A DNA stretch of 63,220 nt, the filler included, from Welwitschia mirabilis (lineage: Eukaryota), in assembly GCA_051453625.1 (NCBI GenBank). It is 3 parts of one record of this genome, joined end to end, with 100 filler letters (N's around TTAATTAATTAA, not from the genome) between each part and the next. Parts side by side here need not be neighbours in the genome. Positions count along the whole stretch, not along the records: positions 35,920 to 63,220 come from JBOZIK010000001.1; 2 more parts are not named here. One strand, given 5' to 3'. The position numbers were made by a program, and so were the translations under genes. The notes under the pieces were generated by a model. That model did no database searches, had not been told where the DNA came from, and was given only the letters and a program-made list of their open reading frames with translations. Position 1 is the first letter of the stretch. Each line of letters opens with the position of its first letter. Shown here in pieces: positions 51,206 through 63,220 of the stretch.

Positions 51206-54200
51206 GGGAATCTATTTAAAGAGGTAACACTCAAAAACCTCAAGTGGCTAAGATCAAATAGATTTTGAAAAAGGAGACTGTACTCTTGATCTGAAGAGCT
51301 TATCTTTGTAACATCATTCTTCTCTCACTCAACACTTACCTTTGTACTAAATCAGAGCGATAAGACTCTATTATTAGTTCTTGTATTGGAGTGACCTAGA
51401 GCATAAAGGCTTTATTCCTTTACTCACCCTTATGCATTTTATTGAAGGTTAAGTCTTATCCTATAAAAGTCCATTTTAAGAAGGTTGAGACTTACCCTGT
51501 AAAAGTCTAGTTTATGAAGGTTAGACTTAGCTTAAAAAAGTTTGTTATTTAAGGTTAAATGTTTACCTTGAAAACCTAATGGATAGTGATGCAACAGAGA
51601 TCTGAAATAGTCTTAGTTATTGACTATCTTCCAAAAGTGAATTAGGGTGTATCTTAAATCATTATAAATCCTGTATTGCTTATTTCTATGGTTCTACTTT
51701 TAAGTTTTTTTTTTAAATGTTTTTATATCATATTTGCTTCCTTAGTAGTAATAGTTGCTTAAATTTTTAAGAAATCCTATTCACCCCCTACCTTGAGGAG
51801 TCAAGATTATACATTTAGTATCAGAGCTCCAAGTTGAATCAACACTAGGATTTTAATCCATCTTTGACTCAATAACCCTAGTCATGAGTTTTATTGCAAA
51901 AGGTGTTTCTAATTCTAGGCCTCCATTGTTTAATGGAATAAACTAGGGATATTATAAGGTTATAATGAGAATATTCTTAAGATATCTTGATGTAGATTAT
52001 GAGGATATATTGATCACAGGTTATAGACATCCTACCGTAACTCAAAAGGATGTCAAAGGCAATTCTACAGTAGTGTTGAATCTAAAAAAATAAGTGGACT
52101 AAATTACATAAAGCTAATGCTTCTATTGATGCTTGTGATTTAAATGTAATTTTTTGTACTATGAATACAGATGAGTTTAAGAGTATAGTAAACTGTGAGA
52201 CTTCTAAAGAATCATGGGATATTCTTGCTATTTATTATGAAGGGACATCCATTGTACTCTTAGGAATTCTTTGCTAGCCTAATAGACATTGTAAACTCCA
52301 TGACAAGTATTGGAAAAAATATGGAGGAAGCTAAGATAGTAAGGAAGTTCATAAGACCCCTTCCTAAGAGATTTAAACTAGNNNNNNNNNNNNNNNNNNN
52401 NNNNNNNNNNNNNNNNNNNNNNNNNNNNNNNNNNNNNNNNNNNNNNNNNNNNNNNNNNNNNNNNNNNNNNNNNNNNNNNNNTGGAGGAAGCTAAGATAGT
52501 AAGGAAGTTCATAAGACCCCTTCCTAAGAGATTTAAACTAGAGGTGACTGCGATTGAAGAAAGTAAATATCTCAACAAGATGCCATTAGATGAACTACAA
52601 GGTAACCTTTAAACTTATGAGTTAAATTTTCTAAGAATAGAAAGAAAATCTTTTCTTTGAAAAGTATGCAAGAAAATATTAAAAGTGATAGATCAGAAGA
52701 TGAATTAGATGAAGCAACTCTTTTAGTAAGAAAATTTAAAGCATTTTTATTGAAAAGAAGAGATAGAGAATTCAATAAGAGTTTTATGTGTATGAAAAAC
52801 AATGGTATCAATAATACAAAACTGAAGGAGCTAAAGAATCCATCACTAGTAACCACTTGGGATAACCTTGAAGAAGATAAAGAAGAAAGATCAGATGAAG
52901 AATCTAAAGAACATGAAACATTATCTTTCATGGCACTTATGAATCCCACAACTTAGTCACCAAAACTCACTAAGCATGATGATTTGGACATGAGTGAAGA
53001 TGAAGAAGAGGAGGATGTTGAAAATGCATATCATGAACTATATCAAGAATGTGAAAGGCTTACTATAAAAGTCAATGAACTGAACAATATCATTAAGAAT
53101 TTAAGAAGGGAGAATGAAGCCTTAGATCAAAGATATAAAGAGATTCAAGAATAAACACAAGCCTTATGAAGAATTTAAGCTAGTTTTTACAAGTCTTTAG
53201 TAGATTCACAAAATGATCAAAGAAACTTGAGAAGTTGCTTGGATTGGAATAACTTGTACATGATAAAAATGGTATTGGATTTGAAGGAAATAATACATCA
53301 ACTTCATCCAGTGAGGTAAGTATTAAAGGTATAACATTTTCTATAAAAAATATTACTTATTATTTTTATTGTAAATTTAATCAATCAAAATTTAACTATT
53401 CATATAGAAAAATTATGTATTTTGCAAACATTAATGCATTATCATTTAAATTTGTTCCTAAAAAAGTCTCTATGCCAAAGTCAAGAAAGACCATATGAGT
53501 AAAAGCTATGAATTTAAAGTTTTTTATCTAAGAAAATTTTAACTTTAATATTAGTTTATTATTTTAATTAATTATTATTTATTACAATATTTTTTTTCCT
53601 GAATCATCAATTATTGTAATATGATGTGCTTCTTGNNNNNNNNNNNNNNNNNNNNNNNNNNNNNNNNNNNNNNNNNNNNNNNNNNNNNNNNNNNNNNNNN
53701 NNNNNNNNNNNNNNNNNNNNNNNNNNNNNNNNNNNNNNNNNNNNNNNNNNNNNNNNNNNNNNNNNNNNNNNNNNNNNNNNNNNNNNNNNNNNNNNNNNNN
53801 NNNNNNNNNNNNNNNNNNNNNNNNNNNNNNNNNNNNNNNNNNNNNNNNNNNNNNNNNNNNNNNNNNNNNNNNNNNNNNNNNNNNNNNNNNNNNNNNNNNN
53901 NNNNNNNNNNNNNNNNNNNNNNNNNNNNNNNNNNNNNNNNNNNNNNNNNNNNNNNNNNNNNNNNNNNNNNNNNNNNNNNNNNNNNNNNNNNNNNNNNNNN
54001 NNNNNNNNNNNNNNNNNNNNNNNNNNNNNNNNNNNNNNNNNNNNNNNNNNNNNNNNNNNNNNNNNNNNNNNNNNNNNNNNNNNNNNNNNNNNNNNNNNNN
54101 NNNNNNNNNNNNNNNNNNNNNNNNNNNNNNNNNNNNNNNNNNNNNNNNNNNNNNNNNNNNNNNNNNNNNNNNNNNNNNNNNNNNNNNNNNNNNNNNNNNN

Positions 54201-55911
54201 NNNNNNNNNNNNNNNNNNNNNNNNNNNNNNNNNNNNNNNNNNNNNNNNNNNNNNNNNNNNNNNNNNNNNNNNNNNNNNNNNNNNNNNNNNNNNNNNNNNN
54301 NNNNNNNNNNNNNNNNNNNNNNNNNNNNNNNNNNNNNNNNNNNNNNNNNNNNNNNNNNNNNNNNNNNNNNNNNNNNNNNNNNNNNNNNNNNNNNNNNNNN
54401 NNNNNNNNNNNNNNNNNNNNNNNNNNNNNNNNNNNNNNNNNNNNNNNNNNNNNNNNNNNNNNNNNNNNNNNNNNNNGATCTTTATCTCTCTTTCTTTATC
54501 CTTTGTCATTGATGTCAAAGGAAGAGAAAATATGGTGTTTTAAAGAATATGCATGAATTGAAAATGGTTTGGTTCTTGTTTCAAAAAATATTTTTTCCTT
54601 AAAAGGAAATACACCTTTTACTTAATATTGTTTGTATGGATTTGTAAAAGGGGGAGCTTTTATTATGTTAATATGCCTTGTTAGAAAGAGCTTAAAGATG
54701 AAATATTTATTTGATCTTGAAGTCACTTATTTATTTGCCATCAATGTCAAAGGGGAAGATTACTAGGATTTTATATTGTCAATTGATGTCAAATTAATAT
54801 GATCTTTGTAGAATGAAATGTGATTTTACAGATGCAAGAAACTAAAGAATCCATATCCAAAAGATAACCAAGATTTAGACATATTTTGATTAAAGTAACT
54901 TGATTTTCTGTCTAAGGACTTAAAGTAAGAGTTGACCAAACTTTGAAATATTCATTTTAGACTACTTCATAAGGGATCAACCAAATCTTTGAGGGGTCAA
55001 CCAGACTTATAAATGCATTTTTCAAACTTCTTCATATGTAATATGTCATATGAGGTTGAACGGGCTCATGTGGGATCAACTGGACCTAAACAAAAGTGGT
55101 CAATTGGATTTTAAATGGGGGCCATTAGACCAAGTAATGTGAGTTACTCAAGTCAACTAGATAAAAAAGGGGTAACCGGATCAAGTGACATGAGTTACTT
55201 AAGTCGGTCAGATGTTTTAAGGGGTTGACCAGTTAGAGTGGAAGCAAAAATTTTCAAACAGCTTTCTAAACGTTATTTCACCAAATCTATCTATTTCAAA
55301 TGTCAAATTCCTTTTTAACTATCTAATGGCTATATTTTGGGTAAATCTATTTAAAGAGGAAATAGTCAAAAACCTCGGGTGCTTAAGATCAAATGGATTT
55401 TGAAAAAGGAGATTACACTCTTGATCTGAAGAGCTAATCTTTATAACATTATTCTTCTCTTACTCAGTACTTAACTTTATACTAAATCTAAGTGATAAGG
55501 CTTTATTATTAGGTCTTGTATTGGAGTAACCTAGAGCATAGAGGCTTCATTCTCTCACTCACCCTTGTGCATTTTATTGAAGATTGAGACTTATCTAGAA
55601 AAAGTCCATTTTATGAAGGTTAAGACTTAGCCTGCAAAAGTCTGATTTATGAAGGTTGAGACTTAGCCTAAAAACCTGATGGATAGTGAAGCAACGGAGA
55701 TCCAAAATAGTTTTAGTTATTGATTGTCTTCTGAGAGTGGAGTAGGGTGTATCTCGAATCACTATAAATCTTGTCTTGTACATTTCTTTGGTTCTACTTT
55801 TGAGTTTATTTTGTTATATATTTTTATATCATATTTACTTCCTTAGTAGTAATAGTTGCTTAAATTTTTAAGAAATCCTATTCATTCCCCTCTGGGGTTC
55901 AAGATCCTATA
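51206..55911 (+). mobile_element. Sirevirus-like Ty1/copia element, apparently gag-only: partial 5' LTR 51206-51813, PBS 51816-51827, gag from 51884, multiple PPTs, 3' LTR 54761-55911
   Basis: LTR end CCTATTCACCCCC...ATACA followed by TAGTATCAGAGC. Gag reads MSFIAKGVSNSRPPLFNGIN*, KIVRKFIRPLPKRF and LLVRKFKAFL. Repeated purine tracts (AAAGGAAGAGAA at about 54517, AAAAGGGGGAG at about 54646, AAAGGGGAAGAT at about 54749) precede the 3' LTR. The two LTRs are clearly homologous. Confidence 0.85.
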
Positions 55912-58661
55912 TAAAGTACTTATTTAAATCTTGGATGATGATCAAATCTTCCATATTTGCATCTTAAAAGACTATTTGCAAACTCATGTAGCTTAACATT
56001 TTGAGCTCTTCATGTGAGAGTATCATACTTATCTATAAGAAACAATGATGAAAATGACATTGATAGCATACCTCTACTGCTAAACTCATTGACCATTGAC
56101 TTTCCTAGTAATGACCATTGAGCAATTGTTAAGGGACCTTTATATGATTTTTGTAGCCACTCTTTTATAGCTTCAAGTTCTTTTTTAAGTCAAGGAAATT
56201 ATGTAGTAATTGAGGATGTGTACTCAACAATGTTAGACTTATCTATTTCTAGAATAAGACCATGAAAATGTAGCTTGATTTTCCTTCCTCTTCACTAAGA
56301 GTAATGTCTTAAAGCATATAAAAGGCATTAACATCTTAATCATCACTAATAGCATCTAAGGCATGCATGTCTATCTCAACATCTTATAGAAAGGATCATT
56401 CTCATTCTTAAAGCATAAGCCATGATAAAATCGCATCTTATTTATAATAAAATTATATTCTATGCTAATTTAATCCCTTCTCTTTAGAATAAGAATGGGT
56501 ATTTGTGTAATTTTAAAAGTCAAAACCCTTGCAATATGTAATACATCTTATGGAAAGCTTATTGTGTGTCCTTGATATACCAGTTACCATTAGTTGCATG
56601 TGTGACTTGAAGCAATGGATTTATCCTTAAAATAAGCATCTATTCAACCTATGTAAGATAGAATAAAACAAATGTCTAAGGCCTAAATTCATATCTTTTA
56701 GAGTAGAGAAATATCTAATTTCTTTAGCAGAAGTTGTGATACCTTCCTTTTTCTTATATTGAAGCCATGTATAGGTAGGGCCATGTCTACCTTATACCAA
56801 CTCGATAGACTGATACATCATGTTACAAATTATACATGATCTTGGTTGTGTAAATACTTTCCAAAATGTCTCAATTAGATATATCACCATTATGTTTATG
56901 TGAGATAGAATATGGAGGTTGATCCAATGTTTGCTCAAGAGTTCTTGTAGAGGATAGAACATTGAAGTTTCGGACTATTGCATTACAATGCCTTTTTCAT
57001 TGTTCTCTCCATAAGCGTGATTGTTAATTACAATAACCATCCTCTTCCATAATCTCTTTCTGTCATCTTACATATTCTTGTCTTCTTGTTAATGATAAAG
57101 GACTACGCGTATTAGACATGTGACTTTTAAATGTCATATCATTGTTTACTATTTGTTCATTGACTCCTATTAAGGTGGTTATTTATATAGGCATGTCTTC
57201 TATTTATTGATTTATTTCTTGTATTGTATGATCAATAAAGTTTTGTACTATAATACCAGATGATGTAGTATTAAATTAAAGAGCTATGTTTTCTATGTTA
57301 TTTATAACAATTAAAAAAGAGTGGTTTTGTTGCAAATATAGTTTTGATAAAGTAGTAAAGCTATAAACAAAATTAACTTATACCTTCTTAATTATTATTG
57401 TCACTGTTATCATTACATATGTTTAAAGAATTTGATGAGTAAGCAGTTTCCCTACGAATTCTTTGCCTCTTACAATATCTTCCTTGCCTTTCATCATTTA
57501 GAGCTCACCAGTGTTCCATTTTAGGATTCATTTTACAGAAATGAAAAATAATAGAAAAGACTACATTTAGAAAATAAATGCTACCGAAAGAATGAACTAA
57601 ATTTAGAAAACTTTTAAAAAACTTAAGTTAAAAAAAGCCTATGTAAAAGAAGAAAAGACTTAATTTTAAAAAACTCATTTTTATAAAAACCTAATTTAAA
57701 AATGCTTGTTTTAAAATAATCAAATTTAAAAAAAATTAATTTTTCAAAAAACTTACTTTATGAAAAACTTAATTTACAAAAGCTTGATTTAAAAAATAAA
57801 TATGATTTAAAAAAATTTAATTTTAAAAAGGATAATACTAAGAACATCAAACTTAATCTAAAACAATAACCTAAACCCTAAACCTAAAATACTTAATTTT
57901 ATTAAAAGCCTAATCCATTAAAAATATAACTTAAAATTAAACCTCATTTAACAGATAAATCTAATTTACAAAATTTAATTAAAAATTTAATTTTTAAAAA
58001 GATGAATATAAAGAAAAAGAAAAACTAATTTAAAATACAAAGATATTTCTATTAAATTTATTTTTAAAGAAACTCAATTATAAAAAACTTATAGTTTAAA
58101 AACTGATTTAAAAATAAAAATAGATTTACAAAACATACTTAATTTAAAAATTATTAGTATTCTTTTCTCTATTATATGTTTTCCATTTATTTTTTAAGTT
58201 ATTCTATTTATTATATTTAACACAAAGTAAAAGTTTCTAAAAATTGCAAAATATACAAATCTAAAATTAATTAAAGTCAAGTTTAATTCATGTTTAACTA
58301 GTACTTTGTAGATGTTATAAATCTTTTATAAAACTTAATTATCATTTGTATCATAACTATTGTTCACTTTATTAAAATTTTCTTGGTCATTATAAAAAAT
58401 AAGATTTTAGTCTTAGTTTAGAGTTTTTCTTATTGTTCATGTAAAAATAACCAAAGGAAAATAAACACTGATATCAAAAATAACTTTTCAAAGTAAGAAT
58501 CGTAAAACTCCAAATCTTTAGTAATATATTTTTCAAATTCTTAAAGTGAAAACGACCCTAAAGCAGAGTGATTATAATGATTAGAACACAAAATGTTTTT
58601 GGTTTTTAGTATCGGAATGCGAAAAAATGGAATGAATTGGAAAAAGGAGCATACCTTTAGG

Positions 58662-58752
58662 GGAGTGAATTCTACTTCTTTAGAGTGAATTCCACTTCTC
58701 CAGAGCAAGTTTCACTTCTACATAGTGAATTCTTCAAAGTGAGTTTACTTTT
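58662..58752. repeat. Degenerate tandem repeat of about 20 bp (AGAGTGAATTCCACTTCT..), 4-5 units
   Basis: gagtgaattctacttcttta, gagtgaattccacttctcca, gagcaagtttcacttctaca, tagtgaattc... Confidence 0.75.
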
Positions 58753-58824
58753 CAAAACATAAATCCTTATTGATTACATTTTTAATTGCATGCATTTATC
58801 TAGTTCTTGTTTTATAGGGTGAAT

Positions 58825-59110
58825 ATGACCCCATTAAATTAGGTTTTCCATTTCAGAAATTATTTTTTCCCCTTAACTAAAGATATAATTTTAGTATGGC
58901 CCCAAAATTAGGTTTGCCATTTTAAAAATTAGTTTTTTCATTTTTTAACTAAAGATATAATTATAGTATGACCCTAAAATTAGATTTTCATTTTTCAAAA
59001 ATTAGTTGTTTGTTTTTTAACTAAATATATAATTTGAGTATGGTCCCAAAATTAGGTTTGCCATTTTAAAACTTAATTTTTTACTTTTTAATTAAAAATA
59101 AAATTTTAGT
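58825..59110. repeat. 71-72 bp tandem repeat, 4 units
   Basis: Units start at 58825, 58896, 58968 and 59040 (ATGRCCCCAAAATTAGGTTT...TTAACTAAAGATATAATTTTAGT). Confidence 0.9.
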
Positions 59111-60199
59111 ATTAAAAACTATTCTTAAAAAAAGGGAAAAAATTGTAATGTTGTCCCTAATAATAAGTGGTTGGGTATTGGACTCTCAGTGAAAATAAGC
59201 ACCACTATTAAGTATAAGCCTTGACATCTTAAATATAATTCAAAGAGGATACATAGATGCCTAATGATCACTTCTTGAGTTAGCACTGTTGATAAATGAG
59301 TTCTCATCTTGTTAAGTAAATGGAGGACACTATCAAATGTAGTATAAAATTCCATCATTTCACCTTGTATTGTATTATGCTTACAAATAAATTAAAACTA
59401 TTTTTTAGATTAGGTTAAATTATATTTAGTAGATTAATGTAACGACAATGAGGATTCAATATGAAGAGTGACTCGTTGTTTGTGGTGAAATTTGATTATA
59501 CTTATATCTATAATTAATTTATGGTAATATGTAAGATTATCTTAAGGATACAAATCTTGCATGATCAAAACCCAACTTTTATCAAATAAACTAGGATTGT
59601 TATTCATAATATAGTCCTAGTGTCATTCTTTCTAAGGGATAAACATGGTAGCATAAAACAGGAAAACTTAGTACAAACCACTTTTCTAACTATCACAGAA
59701 TAATTTCTTAAAGCAATAGTAAGATAGAGAGGTGTGTTCGTAATTATTATTATGAGCTAGGAAACAACTATAGTCATAAGAACCAACATAAACATCCCTT
59801 GTTATGACTAAAATCTTTAATAATAATAATAGAATTACTCAAATACTAATTTATAAATATGTTTAATGAATCTTTTGTGAAGATTATAGGTCTACCTAAC
59901 TCTTGTAGCTTACTTCATTAGCATAATAAGTAGGATTTTTAATCTCAAAGAACATCAAGTGATAGTCACCAAAGAACCAAAATTACTCTAGAACTTCACT
60001 TGAAATGGTACATGCATAAATAAATTCAATCTTGTTCAAGTATAATAAGTATGAAAAATTGGGGAGAGTTATGCTATGAGTTTTAGAGCTCTACTAGGAT
60101 TCGACGGATATAGAGTGTAGGAGAGACAGAGGCCTAGAAGTCCATGATTCAATAGTAGTGTTTCAGTTCCTGGTCATAGAATACAGGAGGTGATTTACA

Positions 60200-63100
60200 C
60201 TACCAAACATTCTTTCTATGGGTAATTTGTGGAATATTTTGAAATCTTAATTTTCATCTATTTTTAGGGTTTCTTCTAGGGATCAGCTCAACATGGAGAA
60301 TACTCAGTTTTCCAGGGAAGGAAAAGCCCTAGTTTTGAACATTAATAAATGTGCTTGTTATGAAATCAAGAAGAAAATTCAGTACAGTTTAATTAGAAAG
60401 TTTATTTCATGTGGCCTAAGATCAAGGTTAGATTGGATCTAAGAATGAGTGGCAACTAAATGGATGGGAGTCAGTAAAGTTGATGTTATTTCTATGTCAG
60501 AAGGAGTGGTGCTTTCTCAGTTATACAATGAACAAGATCGGGACGAAATAATTGTGAGAGGACCTTGGTTATTTGGGGTTTGGGGTGCCCTAGTCAAATG
60601 GACATTGAGGGCGTAATCAGACCCGAGCCTATTTAGGAGGTTATCGATCTGGATCTGCATCCATAAGTTTCCACTAGAGTTTTAGGATGAAGATCTCTTA
60701 AGGAAAATTACTACTCAGTTTGGTGAACTAATCAAGCTAGATAGGATAATTATCAAATACATGAGACTAGTTCTGGCTAGATTTTATGTATAGATAAGTC
60801 TAGAGGACACAAAGGAGATGCAATCTATAAAATTTAGATCTAAATGTGGTGCCTATGAACTTGAATTTACTTATGAGAATCTTCTGGTCCTATGTAATGT
60901 TTGTAAAAAAATCAAGGCACATTTCAGGAAGATGTGTTTTTTCTAAAAATAGATGCTTACATTGTGGTAGAATGAGTCATTTAAGAAAATAATGTAGAAA
61001 ATAGGTGGTTGACATTGAAGAAAAGCAAAAGGAAATCTGTACTTTTTGTGAGAAGACCGGATATAATCAGAGCATATGGTGACATAAGCAAAGGAAAGAA
61101 AAGTCGAGAAAAATTACTACTGTTTTCCTTAAGGAAACCAAGAACAACAAGGAGAAGAAGGTATAGAAAAGAGAGTACAACCCCTTCCAACCTCTTATGA
61201 AAGAAGAAGATCCCTAGCAACCACTAAACACTGATGAACCTAATGATATAAAAACTCAAATGAAAGGAACTCCTAGCAATAGAACCCTTTGAAAAAGGGA
61301 AATGATAGAGAATGTGGCTAATATCTCCCAAGCTACCATTGAAGATATGCTCAGAAAAAATCAAGCACCCATAAAGGGGCAAAAACACCTCGAATGAATT
61401 GTCTTTCATAGAATTGTAAGGGATTAGGATCCTCCTACAAGAAAAAGACCTTAAGAAACCTTATCAGTGAGTTTAATATTGATTTAGTTTATTTAGAGGA
61501 AACAAATATAAAAAATGGTATGAAAATAATGAGTTTAGGACAACAATGGAATTTCTTTACCTATGTAGCCCAAGGTAATTCAGGAGGCCTCATGATCTCC
61601 ATAAAAAAAGAGGCAGATCTAATTAATAGCAATAAGAACCACATCACAATTTTTCTTAAGGAAAAGGTTTAGACTATGACAAACATCTATAGTCCTTAAA
61701 ATAATTAAGAAAAAGCCTCTATCTTAGAGGAATTATAGCGGATAATGATAGATAAATCTAAATGACTCATTGGGAGGAATTTTAATCAATGTCTACACTA
61801 CTGGAAAAAATCAGGGGGCGATAACTGGAATTCCAGATGAGCTTCAATATGTACATATATTCTTATAGATATCCATATTACTAGATGCAACTATACATAG
61901 TCTAATAAAACATGTAATAATCTGATCATGTCTAAGATCGATAGAATCCTTGCTGGTAAGGATTTAGGCAAGCTTCTAATTGAATCCTATGGCCTAAACA
62001 AGATAGCTTTAGACCACCATTCTATCATACTCAGAGTGGGGGCGATTTCGCCTCAGAGAATCTCATTTTGCATGGAACGATATTGGATTAACCAGACATA
62101 AACTAGAATATTAATGAAGAAAATATGGGTCTGGTATGACAGGATACAACCCATAACTTTTCTTTATAGGGGCCTCAATAGCTTAAAAGCCTACATAAAG
62201 GATTAGAAAAGGAAAGATAAAGAAAGGTTTAAGTCTAAATCAGAACTTAAGAAAGAAATCCAAAGAATCTAGACTGAGCAAGAGGAGGAAGGAGACCATG
62301 ATAGCCTCCACAATAGGAAATATTAGTGCCTATTAAAACTCTAAGAAATAAATACTGATGAGGAAAATTACTAGAAAGAATGTTCAAGGATAAAATGGCT
62401 TAAATAGGAGGATAAGCATATCAGGTTCTTCTTTTAGCAAGTCAATTAACATAGATCAGACAATAGGATCAGGAGGCTTATATTAGAGGTCTAATAATAG
62501 AAAATAAATAGGACATATCTAAAGAAATGCAGGCATATCTTATGAGACTTTGAAAATAGGACGATATCGCCCCCAGCCTCATTCTGAAAAATAAGAGAAT
62601 TTCTAAGGATAACAACTCCTTGCTTATTAAACCCTTGAGTAGAGATGAAGTCTTGGCTGCTATGAGGTCTATGAAGAATAATAGAGCTCCTAGTCCTAAT
62701 GGGTGACTAGTTGAATTTTTTAAATCTTACTTTTCCATATTAAAGAACAATCTTTAGGACATTATGCAGGATGTTTTTCATAACAAACAAATTCTTAGAG
62801 AAATGAATAGAACCAGGGGTATCATTATCCCTAAAAAAAGGGATGTCAGCAAATTAAAGAACTTCAAAACTTTAGATTTTTGCAATGTTATTTATAAAAT
62901 CTTCATAAAAATCATGGTTGGTTGTATCGCCCCCTTGCTATCCAAGGTGATTTTAGAGANNNNNNNNNNCTCATGAGATCATTTATTCTATTAAAAGATA
63001 TAAATTTCCTCTTCTTGTTACTAAATTGAATATTGTCAAAGCTTATGATTTAGTCAGTTGACAAGCATTAGAAAGCATCCTTAGAAAAACTAGTTTTCAT

Positions 63101-63220
63101 CAAGACATCATTAGTCTTTGGCTAGATATGTAGGCATTAGCTGACTTTAGTGTGTAGGGTTAACAATCATAGGTCAAAATTCTTTTCAGTAGGTTGAGGA
63201 CTAAGATAGGAAGACCCTCT
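60200..63220 (+). mobile_element. Decayed L1-clade LINE: ORF1 (DUF4283 plus zinc knuckle) and ORF2 (APE endonuclease plus RT) from 61394, running off the window
   Basis: ORF1: RGPWLF at about 60560, WICIHKFPLEF, YENLLVLCNVCK. ORF2: MNCLS*NCKGL, SKIDRI, LDHH (SDH), RAPSPNG (KAPGPDG), CNVIYKI, KLNIVKAYD, GLR*EDP (GLRQGDPL). The 5' boundary is approximate. Confidence 0.9.

Larger units (their letters stand above)
55912..59200 (-). mobile_element. Possible decayed Mutator-like (MULE) DNA transposon
   Basis: Faint transposase-like remnants on the minus strand (HALDAI, SWIM-like, at about 56350; HC..H-like at about 56610), an A-tract-rich intron-like stretch at 57600-58250, subterminal tandem repeats, and a TIR-like segment at about 59135-59200. 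No partner TIR or TSD was found. Confidence 0.3.

Noticed and set aside
23686..54556. Long ORFs made mostly of X
   Set aside because: Artefacts of translating N gaps.
58825..59110. Repeat array as CRISPR-like
   Set aside because: Whole units are homologous with no unique spacers, there are no cas genes, and the context is plant nuclear DNA.

Overview
AT-rich, gap-ridden land-plant nuclear sequence, almost entirely decayed retrotransposons. There is one clear host gene: a sterol C24-methyltransferase of the SMT2 class (ATG 16202, + strand), cut off at an artificial scaffold linker (44 N + TTAATTAATTAA + 44 N; a second linker lies at 35820-35919). The repeats, left to right: a chromovirus (Tekay/Del-like) Ty3/gypsy relic with its LTR (1-7960); a minus-strand gypsy gag/protease fragment with a CpG-rich LTR (10710-14067); two Sirevirus-like Ty1/copia elements (17023-19686 minus, 51206-55911 plus); two same-family Athila-like elements nested in opposite orientation (about 19687-45884); a long-LTR element whose internal region is only 84-115 bp of PBS plus PPT (about 45985-51205); a possible MULE relic; and a long L1 LINE relic (about 60200-63220). 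TE sequence shows heavy C>T/G>A decay, while the SMT2 region and two LTR segments keep their CpGs. The best leads are a splice-dependent uORF that overlaps the SMT2 start codon (TAATG) and the minimal-internal LTR element or array. Many apparent duplications flank 100-N gaps and may be assembly or haplotype redundancy. All calls were made by eye, and family assignments need database confirmation.
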